Positions 24,312-37,399 of a stretch of DNA of 64,000 bases are shown one piece after another. The stretch lies in NCBI RefSeq assembly GCF_009914755.1, contig NC_060944.1; one strand, written 5' to 3'. Positions within the stretch are counted from its first letter, which is position 1, and each line of letters opens with the position of its first letter. The position numbers and the translations under genes were made by a program. Under the pieces are notes generated by a model. The model made no database searches, was not told the DNA's origin, and saw only the letters and a program-made list of their open reading frames with translations. This DNA comes from the human T2T-CHM13v2.0 reference genome, Homo sapiens.

Positions 24312-24812
24312 TGTGGCTGGTGGAATAATGGCCCCCCAAAGGTGTCACGTCCTAATTTCCAGAACCTATGACTCTGTTACCTTATGTGAGAAGGAGGAAT
24401 TAAAGTTGCTAATCCACTGACCTTGGGAATGGGGAGATGTCCCTGGATTATCCGGGTGGGTCCAATGTCATCATGGGGTCCTTAAAGGTGAATGAGGGAG
24501 GCAGGGGACTCTGAGTCAGAGATGTAAAGATGGAAGCAAGGTGACAATGTCACAACGGCGGAGCTCAACCTTCCACTGCTGTCCTTGAAGACAGAGGAGG
24601 GGCCGGGAGTCGGGAAATGTTGGCATCCTCTAGAAGCCAGAAGAGGCAAAGAAACGAATTCTCCCCTGCAGCCTCTGCAGAGGAGGACAGTCCTGGAAAC
24701 ATCTTGATTTTAGCCCTTTTGAGCTTCTGACCTGCAGAACTGCAAGAGACAAATGAAAGTTACTCTAGCTGCTCTTTGAGTAATTTGTTACAGGGGCAAT
24801 AGGAAATGTACA
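24312..24812 (+). mobile_element. MLT1D MaLR solo LTR
   Basis: GAATAATGGCCCCCCAAAG...CTGGATTATCCGGGTGGGTCCAATGT...CTCTAGAAGCCAGAAGAGGCAAAGAAACGAATTCTCCCC. Confidence 0.88.
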
Positions 24813-25504
24813 ACCAACCATTGCATCCACTTCACGACCCACAGGGATTTCTGTCTTTTCCGCCACTGATTTGCCGTCGCCTAGAACAAACACTGCCTGC
24901 AGCTTGGTACCTGCTGGGTACACATTTGTTCAAATAGTGCATAGATGAAGTCTAGGTCAGTCTATGCATTTCATCCCCGGGCCATCTTGTTTGGTTTGGA
25001 GGGTGCGTGTGATCTATTCCTCCCTGTTTAAGAGGATATTTGGGGATTATTGCTGGAAAAGTTAGGGCAAAGGAGCTCTCCCTGTGGATGGGGTGCCTGG
25101 TGGCTCTGAGGACTGGGACAGTGGCAGTCACTGGTGCCACCCTGATGGGGACCAGCAGGGAGAGAAGCATGAATAGTGGGGGTGAGTGACTTGTTTGGCA
25201 GAGCAGAGAGAAAAAAGGGCTGAAAATGCCCAGGATTTGAAACCCAGGAAAATATCGAACTGTCTGCTGATCGAGTAGCAAGGAGGAAGAGCTGGGTTTA
25301 GCGTAAATGAAAGATTGACTCTGAAAGCTGAAGACTTTGGAAACCCTGTGTTTCCCAAGCAAGATTCTGGACCATCAGCATACCAGCCGGGAAAACACAG
25401 GAGGAAACCAGCGGGGAAAACGCAGGCTGGCTTTCTGGCCACAGTCATTCTGTCTGCACAACCCCTCGGTATGGAATGAGAGGAACACCAACTCACCCCG
25501 TGCA

Positions 25505-25830
25505 TAGGACTTTACATTTTGCAAAGCATTTAAAGATATTTTTAAAATGTACTTCTCAAGACAACTCTTATTAACAGCATCTACCTGGGACAGATGAGGA
25601 AACTGGGGCTCAGGGAGTTCGTTTATTTAGCAGACATTTATTGAGCCCCTACTTTGGGCATGTTCTTGGCTCCAGGGATACAGCAGAGAACAGAGCAGGT
25701 GAAGAGAAGGCCTGCCTTGGTCAAGTGGTTACACTAATAGGGGAGACAGATAATCTGTGTGAATGAAAGGTGCGGTTGCTCAAGTCATTTGGCTGGAAGA
25801 GTTAGGACCGAGATTCCCAGGTCAGCTGGT
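25505..25830 (-). mobile_element. MIR interrupted by an L2 tail fragment
   Basis: ACAGATGAGGAAACTGGGGCTCAGGGAG; CATTTATTGAGCCCCTAC..GGGATACAGCAG. Confidence 0.65.
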
Positions 25831-28110
25831 TCAGTGGCTTTGGTCTCACTCCAGATGGTAGCAGAGATGCTTGGGCGAGGGACAGCCTCCTCCAAGGTAC
25901 CCCAGACCTGCCTCTGTGGTCACAGATTGGCCCAGAGATTCACTCCCATCCTGGCACTGCCCTACTTAGGAGAAAAAAGAATAAACCAAATACTGTTGAT
26001 TTCTTTTGATAAAAAGTTTTGATCCTCTATTGATGGCTCTGGAATTTTCATACAAGAGATGGTAATTTGGTTGGAAGAGGATTTCAAAGAAGCTTTTATT
26101 GTTTATAAGTGTTCTCTCCCTTCCAGGAAGAAAGGGATATCACTTCCCCTTTGTTTTGTGAAACTGGGGAGGGTGGCGTGTGGGGCTCGTTCTATACAAT
26201 TGGATGGAGGAGGCATCGTGTGTTACTCCAGACCTACGTGTTTCTTGGCAGGTGTGCAAACTCCAGGCCGTCTACCCTGCACTGTGATGGTGGAGATCGG
26301 TGCTTCAAGGTTAACAGAGCAAGATGAAAACCTCCAGGATGGCTGAGTCCACGCGGGTATGCTGCCTGCAAGGGTGAGCTGGAAAAAACAACAAAACATA
26401 AATAAGCACGTAAGTTAATACACAAACAAATTCTTGGTGTGATTGCCACTGAGATTTGGAGACGATTGCTGTTAGAGCGTAAGCCCAGCTTTCTATGTTC
26501 AATAAGGGGCCATGATGATAGGCATAGGACACTTATCTCAAAGCTGCCTCAGCGGAGCATTCACAGTTTCTACTTGGCATGTATATTTCAGATAAATAAA
26601 AATGGAACAGTTTCATAATGCTTATTTTTTACTTTATGTATGTGTTTTCTTAGTGGGACACTAATGGAGATTCAGAGAGGGGTGGATGAACTTCCCTTTC
26701 TAAGCCGTTTCTTGGCACTAACACTAGTGAAGAATATTAAACCAAGAACTCAGGTGTTCGGGGATTTCTTAAGGGGCAACTCTTATTGCGACTTAATTAA
26801 GAAGCTCAGCTGAGAAGCATGAGGCTATTAAACAGAGGTTGACGGAGCCCTAGTTGATTCAGGGCTGCATAGAGACACAGCCTTTATTAGTCTTCTTTGC
26901 TTCTATGAAAGCAAAGTAGGTTTGTGTTCCACTTGGGGGCTAATCCATTAGTCGCTGCAAAATCTCAGAGGACAGGCAGGTCCATTTCAAACCTCATTTG
27001 CAGTGAGCTTTTCATTTTAGTGGTTTTGGAAAGGAATTCATATGCCTAAACCCTAGAGTGTTTGGTTACCTCATGCAAATATTTAATACCCACAGCAAAA
27101 TTTCAGTATAACACCAACAATTTGTTTTCCTTGATATCAGCCTCATTTGTCAAAGCTATTGACCCAGGCCCGTAAAGAAATGCCACTCTTGGCCCCTTTG
27201 TAATGGTTTTATGCAAATTGCTTTCAAGATTTAATTCTGTGGAAATGTTTAGGAAGAAAAAAGATAGGAAGAGAAGCTAGACCAAAACTGAATATGAATA
27301 GAAGGATGGAGGGGAAGGAAGGGGCAGAGGAGCAGAGGTGGGGTCCTGGAGAGAAGGGAGACAGAAGAGGAGGGACAGGTAAGAGTGTCCTGACATGTTA
27401 AACTGGACTTTCTCTGCAACATGGAGAGGGTTGGGAGCTTAGGGAAGAAGATCAACTCCTATCCCGTACACTTGATAAATAAGACACTGACTTTGAAAGT
27501 ACCAAATGCAACTCACATTATTTTGGCTCTGTCTGTATCTTTGCTCTATTCCTATTTGAGCAAAGACAGAGAGAAGCCAGAACAATAATTTCATGAGTGG
27601 GGCAAAGATGGCCCAACAGAGGAAGGTCACCTGAGGACCCACAACACTTTCCAAGGGGCAGAGGGGCAAGGATGGCTCATACACTTCCAACTACTCTCAT
27701 CCCCTAAACTGATCTGCAGAGAGCATGCTTGCTGGGTGGTCAACACGCCTATTGTCTTCTCCCGTCACCTTTTTCCGATTCTCCTCCTCCCATTTTGCCA
27801 AAGAGAGCGTAGTTTCCCACCCATCCCTCGAGGTGCTCCGCCTCGAGGGTATCAAACAAAGGGATGACTCAGAACCTTGGGATCTGGGGCCAGGGCTCCT
27901 TTAAGCAAAATTCCACGATGCTCACCATTCAGCTGTTGGAGAGATGCATTTTCAATATCAAATTCTTTTCATTTTGAAAGATCATCACGCGTCACTTTTT
28001 ATTTATATTGTTTTCATCAAGTGGGTACTGTTGATAATTCCAATAACTTAATTCAAAATAAATTTTTAAACCCTTAAAGATTTATATTCACAGTACTCTT
28101 TAAAATTACA

Positions 28111-28117
28111 TGTGTGT

Positions 28118-28162
<45 letters not shown>
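28111..28162. repeat. (TG)n microsatellite
   Basis: Seen directly, about 26 units with two TA interruptions. Confidence 0.97.
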
Positions 28163-28163
<1 letters not shown>

Positions 28164-28478
28164 AGTCATCTCTCTGTATCTGCAGATTCAACCGAGGATC
28201 AAAAATATTCAAAAATGAATTGTGTCTGTATTGAACATGCACAGACATTTTTATTGACATTATTCCTTAAACAGCATTGCATAACAACTATTTACATAGC
28301 ATTTACATTGTATTAGGTATTATAAGTCATCTAGAGATGATTTAAAATATACAGGAGGATGTGTGTAGGTTATATGCAAAATCTACACCATTTTGTATCA
28401 GAGATTTGAGCACTCATGGATTTTGGTATCCAAGCGAGGTCCTGGAACCAATCCCCCATGGATACTGAGGGACAACTG
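28163..28478. mobile_element. MER2 TcMar-Tigger MITE
   Basis: TTTACATAGCATTTACATTGTATTAGGTATTATAAG...GGAACCAATCCCCCATGGATACTGAGGGACAACTG. Confidence 0.92.

Positions 28479-28484
<6 letters not shown>

Positions 28485-28549
<65 letters not shown>
28485..28549. repeat. (CA)n(CT)n compound microsatellite
   Basis: Seen directly. Confidence 0.97.
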
Positions 28550-28883
28550 CCTGTCTCATATATATTCAGAGACCACAGGAGCAGAAGAGCATTCACCAGC
28601 TATGTTTGACTTTAGCATCCAGGCCTTCCAACCGTGCAGACACTCTTTCCATGTGCGGTTGGACTCCAGCTCCAGGGACCACTGGGAACTCTCTGTGAAC
28701 AGTTCTGTGGTCTACATTACATCTCACATAAAATGCAGCGATTTCACAGGCTGCAGCCCCACCAAAACAGTCTCATAAATGGTTTTTTAAGCTTCCATTC
28801 AGCATATAATGCGGTCTCATCCATTTCATTAATCTTGGTTACATTCACATTTTACAGTTTTGTTTTTCTGGCTAAGACCATTG

Positions 28884-28885
<2 letters not shown>

Positions 28886-28926
<41 letters not shown>
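28886..28926. repeat. Pure poly(T)41 tract
   Basis: Seen directly; no adjacent Alu or L1 body recognised. Confidence 0.95.
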
Positions 28927-28929
<3 letters not shown>

Positions 28930-29190
28930 TTTCTCCATTTCTAATACGGAAATTTGGATTTCTGCTCAGAGATCATCGTTCACCAAGAATCTGAATTTTT
29001 AATCAATTTCTTATCTATTTGAACACAACATGGATGAGAGACATGTCCAAACCTTTCTGGGTTGCAAATACTGAGTGGGAGGCCAGCCTTCATCACCAGG
29101 CGAGAGGTCTTGTTCCACCCCCGAGCTTGACCGCATGGGAATCAAATTCATGACTCAGCCAAGCTTGGCATGGCTGCATGTGATGGGGTA

Positions 29191-29558
29191 TGGTGGCCAT
29201 CAGTGCTATTTGCTAAATATGTAAGGGCTTCCTTCCTGCCTTTTGGTAGAATTGCACTTCCCTGCCACCTTGCCGTTTGGTGCAGTCATGTGACTGGTGT
29301 TGTCTAAGACATGTGAGTGGAAGCAGCGTGTATCATTTTTGAGCCAATGTTCATTAAACCACTTTAGCTTCCACCTGTCATGGTGATTTTCTAGAAATGT
29401 GTCAAGATGAAGGCTGGGGCCCTGAGCAAATACAATGTGCAGACACCACTGTATTCACAGAAGGGAAACATAGCATTTGAGAGAATTAGCTGTTTCTTAT
29501 TTTAAGCTGCTGAGATTTGGGGATCTTTTAACTGCCCATAAGCCATCCCAATTAACAC
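29191..29558 (+). mobile_element. MLT1I-type MaLR LTR
   Basis: GTAGAATTGCACTTCCCTGCC..GTCATGTGACT..TTTTAAGCTGCTGAGATTTGGGG. Confidence 0.7.
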
Positions 29559-29689
29559 ACAGAGTCATTTACAAATCATTAAAGCCTCTGATGTTAAATC
29601 TGTGAATTGAAATGTTCTACAATGTGCAAATCACTTTGGTAACTTTTTTTTTTTTCATCTAGAAAAACTCAGTCCTTCGTCAGCTCTGA

Positions 29690-29845
29690 ATTGTGGTGGT
29701 AAACTCCTGGGTTCTATCTGAAGTCAAATACCAAGGAGAAGGTGCAAGCTTCGCCTTCTGGAATAAATTCAGTGAACTGCCAAGCTTCCATTCTCTCTCC
29801 TTGGTACTTGACTTCAGACAGGACCCGGGAGTTTACCACCACGAT
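29690..29845. repeat. Long near-perfect inverted repeat (156-nt hairpin)
   Basis: 29690-29739 equals the reverse complement of 29796-29845 at 45/50 positions with no gaps; imperfect pairing continues to an apex near 29765. Confidence 0.95.
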
Positions 29846-30834
29846 GTTTCCTGCTGCCTGCTGTAGCCCTCTGAGCCCTGGGTCTGTGCTCACTATGCTG
29901 ATCCTGGCGACCATGACCTCAGTGACATTTCTCAAAAATCCCATTTTCTGCTTTGACCTAGGGTCAGAGACACACTCAATAAGCAAGCCTGGTGTCCATC
30001 AAACGTTGCTTTAAATAAGAACATAAACTTAAAGGTCTTTACAAGAGAAATGGCATGTGCAGCTAATGGAGACCAGAGAAAGAGTTATTAGTCCAGGAAA
30101 TCAGGAAAACTGATTAGCAAGACGAAAGGACATGGCCTGAAATCCAACTAAGCAGTGACAGATGCAGATATTATTCTGCAGGTGTTAGTTCATCCTGCTT
30201 AAATAGCAAGGCCTGAAGGCTGGTGGGATCCTTCACTCCTTTACGTTGACAACAACAACAAAAAAACACCAAAACTCAAATTTAGATAATCATCAATTGC
30301 AGAACAATTAAAAATTATCTTTGTAACCAGAAAACTATTTTTCTCTCCCTGCATGTAATTGTCTGCCCTTTGTCTGAGGCCTTAACAGATCAGAGGTCAA
30401 GCATTCTTAAGCTTTGAGTGGAACCAGAGCACTCAATCCAGCATCAAAGTCCTGAATGAGGTCGGCTCCTCCTGGAAAATTTTTGAAAGTACACGTCATC
30501 GCATTCCGATGATTCTGGCCTTAAATTTTCCTTCCATTTCTTAGCTGAAGGCCTAATTGAAAACAGCCAAAGCTAGTTGGGTGCTCTGTCTTAAAGGTAA
30601 AGAAGGACACCTTCAGGAGAAAGGAGGGAAGAGAGCTGATAGCTTGATGACTCTTCTTGCTGAACCAGCTGAATCTAAGGACTGAGTAGTAACCGGCCAC
30701 ACAGTATAATTTTAGGGACCCTCTAAGTACCACTGGACTGCTGTGTGCCTTCAATACTACCATTATTGCTCCTTTCAGGTGAAGGCACTGAATACTCCTT
30801 TTAAAGTAAAAACATCATATAATTGGAAGATTTA

Positions 30835-31168
30835 ATCAGTCAGCACTCTTGGTTGCATGCAACAGAAAACGAGTTAAATAGCTTTAAATGAAAGAATTTT
30901 ATTACATCAGGTGACTAAAATGTGCCAGGAATGCCTTGTTCGTTGCAGGCACAGCTGGATCTAGAGGCTGCAATGATGTCATCAGGTCCGGACGAGTGTC
31001 TCCTGGCCTCTTGGCTCTTCTTTTTCCCTCTCAGGACCATTCTTAGAGAGTATCTCCTGTCATGGCTGAGGACAGATTCAGCCCGGCAGAAAAGAGCCTC
31101 TGCTGCTCTCAGAAGCCACAATAAAAGGCCTGTTGCATCTCATTGGCCCCAAGTGTGTCACATGCACC
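30835..31168 (-). mobile_element. MLT1K-type MaLR LTR
   Basis: ACTCTTGGTTGCATGCAACAGAAA; CAGGCACAGCTGGATCTAGAGGCTGCAATGATGTCATCAG. Confidence 0.7.
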
Positions 31169-32441
31169 CAGGCACTGGAACATTCATGGCAGCTTTGTTT
31201 GTCTGTGATCATGAAAAACACAGAGCCAGCCCGGATGTCCACCAGCTGGAGCTCATGGCGTGGAGTACTCTACAGAGGTTAAAATAAACTGGAAAAGTGG
31301 TCATACATGAAAATGCAGTGAAAGTGAAATACACGAGCATAGTAAACCTAAAGTTCAGGTGTGATTCTCAGAGGGAGGGAGGCAAACATGATGGTGGAGA
31401 GTTACACTAGAAGCTTCCGCTGTGCTTGTAAAGTTTGATATCCTTTGTGAAATGGTTTGTTGCAGAATAGTTTTCTATGCACCTAAAATGCTTTTGAAAA
31501 TTCAAGCCACAAATACCCAACCCACACTCAGCGTATCATCTTTGCCCTGAAATGATGTCTGTCCCACGTGAGTCTGTGCATCTTGTTAGATAACCTCAGA
31601 AACATGAGAACACTCGACTCGTTCTCCTTAGCAGCAGGCTCCTGCTAGCTCCGTTCTCCTGGATCCCTTTGGATTTGTCTTGCTGGGTTGTTGGGGAGTG
31701 GAGACGCCCTCCTCCCTGAAGCGTTTCCTCACATGGTGATTTGTCTATTGTGCATCAGTCAGGATCCCGGGAGGACCTGCAGGTGCAGCCACCTCCCCAC
31801 AGGGACAGAACCAGATCCAGCTGCCGAGAACCAGGAGACCCAATGTCAGGTGCAATTCTGTGCTGGGATCTGAGTGGAACCACAGGTCTGTGCAGCAGGA
31901 GGTGAGAAGCTCATGACTACAGAGAGAGGCATGGCTGGGGACCCAGTGCCTCTGCCCCATCTCCATCTCTGCACCTCGGGGCAGCAGAACACTCCAGGCC
32001 TCTCTCACAGTGACCAGCATGGAGCAAGGCTGCCCATCTCCCCACCAGCCTGCCCTGAGTATGAAACTCCAGCATTGGAGATTCCTTCCTTTTTGGTTTT
32101 CCTTCTTTCCCTTTTATAACTGAGCAACTTCTAGGCAGGATGGCTGAATGAGCCATACCAGTCCACCTTCAGCAGGGGCTTCTGGCTGGCTGATGGAGGC
32201 ATGTCTCTGGGGAACAGCAGAGCTCAGGGTAGGGACAGAACAGGGAGAGCTGGGAGGAAGGAGAAAGGCCCTGCAGCAGACGCTGCAGAAGCTTTCCATC
32301 CTCCTTGCCTTAACCTGGGGCTCACCCAAGTCTATACTCGTGGTGAGGGCAGGGGGAAAATTGCTTTTTCTTAAAGTCAGTCATTGATGACACCTCCTAT
32401 CACTGAGTATTCTTGGGGCAGGCCTGCCCCAACCAGCTAGA

Positions 32442-32636
32442 CCAATGGTTCCTACGGAATTTTTAAGGTGGACAGAAGGTTCCTCTGGGGACGTTAGTCA
32501 GAGCTGGGTGTCTAATGGAGCCCTCACCCCCAGTTCAGCCAGAGCAGCTTGTTTTTGATCTGTTTGACAAATAGAACTTTTCCATAAGGTTCCATTTGAA
32601 TGAAGTCTTCACACCTAAACATTTGAGAATGGCTGC
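32442..32636. mobile_element. MER117 hAT-Charlie MITE
   Basis: TTCAGCCAGAGCAGCT..TTTTTGATCTGTTT..TAAGGTTCCATTTGAA..TTTGAGAATGGCTG. Confidence 0.6.
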
Positions 32637-32749
32637 TTCAGTCTAAGCTGGGATCATCTGGTTTCAAAACCGTCAAAGAAATTTCAGCAGGAAAATTTGG
32701 TCAAATAGTATTGCCCTGGGCAGGCTTGTATGCCCACCCACTTTAGCCA

Positions 32750-33308
32750 TGGGCATTAGTTATCTATTGCTAGATAGCAAGCAACCCCACATTTTAGTGG
32801 CTCAAAGAAACATGTATTTGTCATCTAGCAGTTTCGTGGTTCAGGAAACTGGATGTGGCTTGGCTGAGTTCTCTAGCTCTCAAGGCTGCAAACAGTATCA
32901 GCTGGGGCTGTGGTTTCATCCTAAGACTCACCTGGGGCTGGAGGACCTGCTTTTGAACTTATTCAAGTGGTCTTTGGCAGGATTTAGTTCCTCAAGACAG
33001 CGGACCTGAGGCCTTTGGTTCTTTGTGGCTGTTGGCTGGAGGCCTCCCTTGATTCTCACCCCATGGGGAGCTCAGCACTTGGCATCTGGCTCCCCCAGAG
33101 CAAGCCGGTGATGGGGAGAATAAGACATTACATCAGTCTTTTTTCTACCCTAATTTCGAAAGTAGCACCCCATCATTTTTCCCATATTCTATTTGTTTGA
33201 AGCAAGTCCCTAGGTCCAGCCCACATTCAACGAGAAGGGATCACACAAGGGCACAGATACCAGGAAGTGGGGACCATTGGGAGCCCTTTTTAAAATCTGC
33301 TCCCCACA
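32750..33308 (-). mobile_element. MLT1E/F MaLR solo LTR
   Basis: ATTAGTTATCTATTGCT...GAAGCAAGTCCCTAGGTCCAGCCCACATTCAA...CACAAGGGCACAGATACCAGGAAG. Confidence 0.85.
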
Positions 33309-34349
33309 CTGTCTCTGGCTACATTTTAGATAGTTGTTAGACTAAACTGTGAATAATTGACAGACTGCAATTTCTTCTATTTCCCTATTTTAGAGGTATC
33401 TCTCTCCTGGAAACAGCCCTTGTTCACACCAGAGGTGTGAACAGAAATTCTTTTGCTTTGCTGGCCTCAAACTGATAGAAAAATGTATCAGTTCAGGCAA
33501 AGTGTTCCTCACTGGTTTGCTGAATTATGTCTCTTCTTTTTATCCCTTAACTTATAATTTTATGGACTGTGGAGGAGGATGGGAGAATTGGGGTTGGGTT
33601 TTCTATTTTCTTTTTTTCCCCTTCTTCAGGGAGAAAAAAACTTGGCTAGAGTTGAGTGCCTCCTAATCCCCAGTAGGAATCTGACATTTTAATTTTGCTT
33701 TCTCGCCCTCTCCAGTCTGGCCTGAGGTGCAGGTGGGGACCTCCCAGCACTGTTATCATAATCCCAAACAGCCATGACAGAAGCCTGCCTGAGGGCTTCA
33801 GGGGAGACTGAAGAGTCCCAAATGCATCTCTTGTCTAGGATGATGAAAAGTTGATTCGGGCTTGCTACCAAATGTTACTTATCAGATGCCAAGTGGCATT
33901 GTCTATGCATGGCGCCTGGTCCTGCCGGGGAGCTGATTGAGGGTGAGCTCCATCCAGAGAGCAGGAGGGGTATCTGGGCACTAAGCTAGGTGGATTTAGG
34001 ACCCCCAGCACAGTTTTTGGCTGGGACCATTGTTTGGTTCTGACAAACAGCAGGGCACCATGGAGACAGGAAAATAGGCAAAGAAAATGACTCATCTGGC
34101 TGGAAGCCCAGAAAATGTATGCTAATACCTTCACGCAGACAAAAATAAGATTATAAAGAGACTGGTGGCAAAAAAAAAAAAAAAAAAGCCAGCCTCAAAT
34201 GATGCTTCTCTTTAATCCATCCACTTAGAAGCCCAACAAGTTGCCGAGATCCACCGTGCCAAAGAGAGAACCATCATATTAGTGAAGTTGCTTTTCATGT
34301 CAATTCTTTCCTTTCTGTAACTAAAACTCAACTATGGGAGACATACTCA

Positions 34350-35127
<778 letters not shown>

Positions 35128-35699
35128 TTAAAGACTTATTCTCTGGCCCTCCTAACAAAAATACAAACTTATTACTGACAAGGCAGCACCTGGGTCCAGC
35201 AAACAGGGATTCCGGCGCCCAAACTTGCATATCATGAAAGGGAAAGGAGCATTTAAAAGCTCTGACATTGGGGACAGACACTTTAATGGTTCTGTCAATG
35301 GAGATTAAAACTTGAAAATAGCCAAGGGTACACTTTTCGAGGTCTATATTTTAAATGAAATGACAAGAGGAATGAACCTGCGGGACTAAAGTGCTTGGCA
35401 CCATTTGGGAATTATTTGAGCCAAATAATTGCTGTCATGCCTGGTGTGATGTATATTTTATTTCAATCTTTTAAGAAATAGGAAGGAGAAGGTGAGAGAA
35501 AATATGTTCTACACAAGAGACTGGACAATTGATCATTAACCACAGACTCAGAAATCAAAGGAGCTCAGATTGCTTTTGCTCCCATAATAAGGGAGTTGTA
35601 AAAAGATAGGAGATGGTTACACGGTTATATTTATAAAGCATTAAAACTGTCCTTCTACTAGAAAATACAAGCTTAAGCTCAGCATTATAGGCAAATGTT

Positions 35700-36372
35700 G
35701 CTTTTGTGTTCCAGCATCCCTTCACATGACTTTTAATAAGGTTATATCCCCCTTTTTATTTTCCTGGATCAAACCCCAGTTCACACCAGAGAACATTGAT
35801 TCTACCCTCAGTTCCAGCATGAGTCTTATGGGCTTAGGTCAGAAACCTACTTTATCCTGTCCATTCTCAGTGATTGGTTTAGTGAGGGATGTGTAGTTCA
35901 ACAAAGCTTTGTAACAAACAGCCCCAAAATCTTGGTGGCGTATTTAAAAAAAAAACAAAAAACTTCTTTTTCTCACTCACGAGTCTGCAAGTCAACTGGT
36001 GCATCTCTGCTTCAGAGTTCAGACCAGATCCACCTCCACATATCTCCATCCTGGGTTCATAGGATGCTTGGAGCCTGCCCTTCTTGTGCCTATACCATAA
36101 GGGCAAGATCCTAAGCATCCCACACAAGCATATCTAAAGCCTTCTCCCATGTCACGTCCACTAATACCCCACTGGCCAAAGAAAGTCACATGGCCAAGAC
36201 CAAAGTCCTTGGAATGAGGATGTCAGGGAAGAGAGGAAAGGGATTGGGTACAATAGTCCAATCTACTGCATCCACGTGGCTCAGAAATGGTCAGTTACAT
36301 GAGTCAACATCTTCCTTTTAATATTGAGTTGAGTTTTTATGATATTTGCAATAAAGCGGGTGCTAACTGAGA
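35700..36372. mobile_element. Nested MLT1 LTRs: MLT1K-like (+) interrupted by MLT1H/I-like (-) at ~35890-36270
   Basis: CAGTGATTGGTTTAG (outer); GTAACAAACAGCCCCAAAATCTTGGTGGC and CACTGGCCAAAGAAAGTCACATGGCCAAG (inner). Confidence 0.6.
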
Positions 36373-36899
36373 CTCTTAGTGGGCCTTGTAGTGCCTGGAC
36401 ACAGTTGCATATTTGTCAATTTCTCCTTGAGAAGAACCTCAGAAACTCTCTAAGTGAAGCAGAAAGTTGGTGAAAGATCTATGACAGATGACAACAGAGG
36501 TGAGGACAAATTTCTAGGATTCAGCCCCTTCTGATTTCTGAAGTAGATTTGGGCACCGGCTTCCAGCTATGAGCAATAACATCAGAAAAATTCAGTCTGG
36601 GGTAAAGGTCACCCTGAATTAAGGGAGTGACCGAACCAAACATTTACAAAATGAGATGAGCTGCCATTCCTTTCAGACATCCATGGTCACTAAAATACAC
36701 AGTCCTCTTGTCCCCTTGCTGACACTATTAGTTAATGTATGGGCTTAAATTAGACAGTTGAGCCATGCCTCCAGATGGGAAGGACTTGGTAACTGTTACT
36801 CATCTTCTCTTCTCATCCTCAACACACCTTCAATTTAAATGGAGTTGATCCCATTAACAACTGTTAGCCAAGATCTTTCAGGGCTGGGCCCTGTGCAAT

Positions 36900-37292
36900 T
36901 AGGGAAGCACCTGGTAGAGCTATCCAACCAGAGTCTGATCCCAGATCCTTCCCTTCCAGGCTGTGAGATCCTGGCCAAGTGGCTTCACCTCTCTGAGCCT
37001 CAGCCTCCTCATCTTTAAGATGGACTATCACCCCCATATCATGAAATGTGGCTAAGAAGATAAACTCTGGGACCAAAGCACCAGGGTTTAAATCCTGGCT
37101 TCTCCACTTCCCAGCCATGTGACTTGAACAAGTGATTTCACCTCTTCACTCCTCAGTTTTCTCTTCTGTAAAATGGGAATAATGACAGTCCCTACCTCAT
37201 GAGGTGAGTGTGAGAATTAAATAGCTAACAAGTAGAAGTGCTTAGAAGAGTTCCTGACACATTGATCACTCAGTGTGTGTTACTATTATTAA
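36900..37292 (+). mobile_element. Two tandem MIRs
   Basis: CACCTCTCTGAGCCTCAGCCTCCTCATCT; CCTCAGTTTTCTCTTCTGTAAAATGGGAATAATGACAG..CCTACCTCAT. Confidence 0.85.
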
Positions 37293-37399
37293 AACTGGTA
37301 GTAGTAGCATTTTCCTTCCTCTTAAGGAACTTAGAAATAATCTTATTGTCATAAGTGTATAGACAATTACATATGGTTCAGACTCCAACCTTTATAAAG

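Noticed and set aside
23809-24348. 179-aa minus-strand ORF
   Set aside because: Spans MIR and MLT1 relics; no recognisable domain.
27825-27849. 9-bp stem with two CTCGAG sites
   Set aside because: Too short to be significant in 64 kb; no sign of vector sequence.
34140-34190. A18 run with upstream TATAAA, possible processed-pseudogene tail
   Set aside because: No TSD found and no mRNA-like body upstream.
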